Both the position numbers and the translations under genes were made by a program. Below are positions 63,636 through 64,000 of a stretch of 64,000 bases of DNA, piece by piece (within the stretch, counting starts at the first letter, position 1; each line of letters starts with the position of its first letter). The DNA comes from Dehalococcoidia bacterium. GTDB lineage: Bacteria > Chloroflexota > Dehalococcoidia > Lucifugimonadales > UBA1123. The notes beneath the pieces were generated by a model. The model saw only the letters and a list, made by a program, of their open reading frames with translations, was not told the origin of the DNA and ran no database searches. The DNA lies in assembly GCA_965208795.1 (NCBI GenBank), contig CBDBPQ010000001.1:21895-85894 (forward strand), read 5' to 3'.

Positions 63636-64000
63636 CGGAACCACCTCCACCCCCCGCGACGCTCCGGTATCGCGCGCCCAAGCGCAAGCAGCAGGACCGC
63701 CAGGCCCGCGAACCACTGGAACCGCTCGACCTTCGCGCTGCTAATCTCGCTCTCGACGATGGATTTCTCCAAATTGTCCAGCTCATTCGCGATGGCCGCG
63801 CCCGCCCTGTTGGCGCCGCCCGCCATCACGAACCGGCCGCCGCCGGCCTCGGCGACGCTCCGGAGCGTCGCCTCATCCATCCTCGACAGCACCATGTTGC
63901 CGTCGTCGTCCTCTTGGTAGCCCAGCAAGTTGCCCCATCTGTCGCGCATGGGTATCGGTTCGCCCGCCGGCGCGCCTACGCCCATCGTGTACACCGACAT
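63632..64000 (-). CDS. batB: BatA/BatB-like vWA protein, C-terminal part (N-terminus beyond window)
   Basis: VYTMGVGAPAGEPIP..., LSRMDEATLRSVAEAGGGRF, C-terminal TM FQWFAGLAVLLLALG. The ORF is open to base 64000. Confidence 0.55.
   Translation of the reverse strand: MSVYTMGVGAPAGEPIPMRDRWGNLLGYQEDDDGNMVLSRMDEATLRSVAEAGGGRFVMAGGANRAGAAIANELDNLEKSIVESEISSAKVERFQWFAGLAVLLLALGRAIPERRGGWRWFR

Noticed and set aside
1-64000. tRNA, rRNA, riboswitch or CRISPR content
   Set aside because: Reading the intergenic regions by eye turned up no cloverleaf-like or rRNA-like sequences and no spaced repeat arrays. A tRNAscan, Infernal or CRISPR-finder run would be needed to be certain.

Overview
The window is a visibly GC-rich, densely coding bacterial chromosomal segment. 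I found no rRNA, tRNA, CRISPR array, transposase or integrase by eye. All calls rest on motif recognition in the supplied translations and on reading the DNA; no database search was run.

Most of the content is housekeeping or catabolic:
- two Opp/Dpp-type ABC transporters, one of them split across both strands
- two tandem Cys-type sulfatases
- the rpmH-rnpA-yidD-yidC-jag cluster; rpmH is missing from the ORF track
- two crotonases and an acyl-CoA synthetase
- serS
- a fatty-acid block of a hotdog dehydratase pair, plsX, fabG and fabL, with fabI elsewhere
- erpA-ygfZ
- a HAD hydrolase, an FAD oxidase, an LLM oxidoreductase and an MBL hydrolase
- a PspC / LiaF-like pair
- a split TPP decarboxylase
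- an MFS transporter
- a Bat-type operon (vWA-TPR-BatD-TPR/SH3) running off the right edge

Lipoproteins with Pro/Ala/Thr linkers and a short YidC with a basic tail suggest a monoderm-like, possibly Chloroflexota-type host. This is inference only.

Main candidate for something undescribed: a translationally coupled minus-strand operon at 2245-10945, possibly extending to 1383. It joins a truncated SecA-type motor ATPase to two PaaK/F390-synthetase-like ligases (one degenerate), an NspC-like PLP decarboxylase, an unknown GGHAGDA-motif protein and a transglutaminase-like Cys-His-Asp protein.

Second theme: at least three families of short palindromic intergenic repeats.
- One 42-bp copy sits in frame inside a coding gene of that operon.
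- One ~120-bp composite module is duplicated upstream of two unrelated genes.

Two visibly lower-GC islets flank serS. One carries an MTase/nuclease pair plus a degenerate retropepsin-like gene; the other carries an orphan TerY-like vWA gene.
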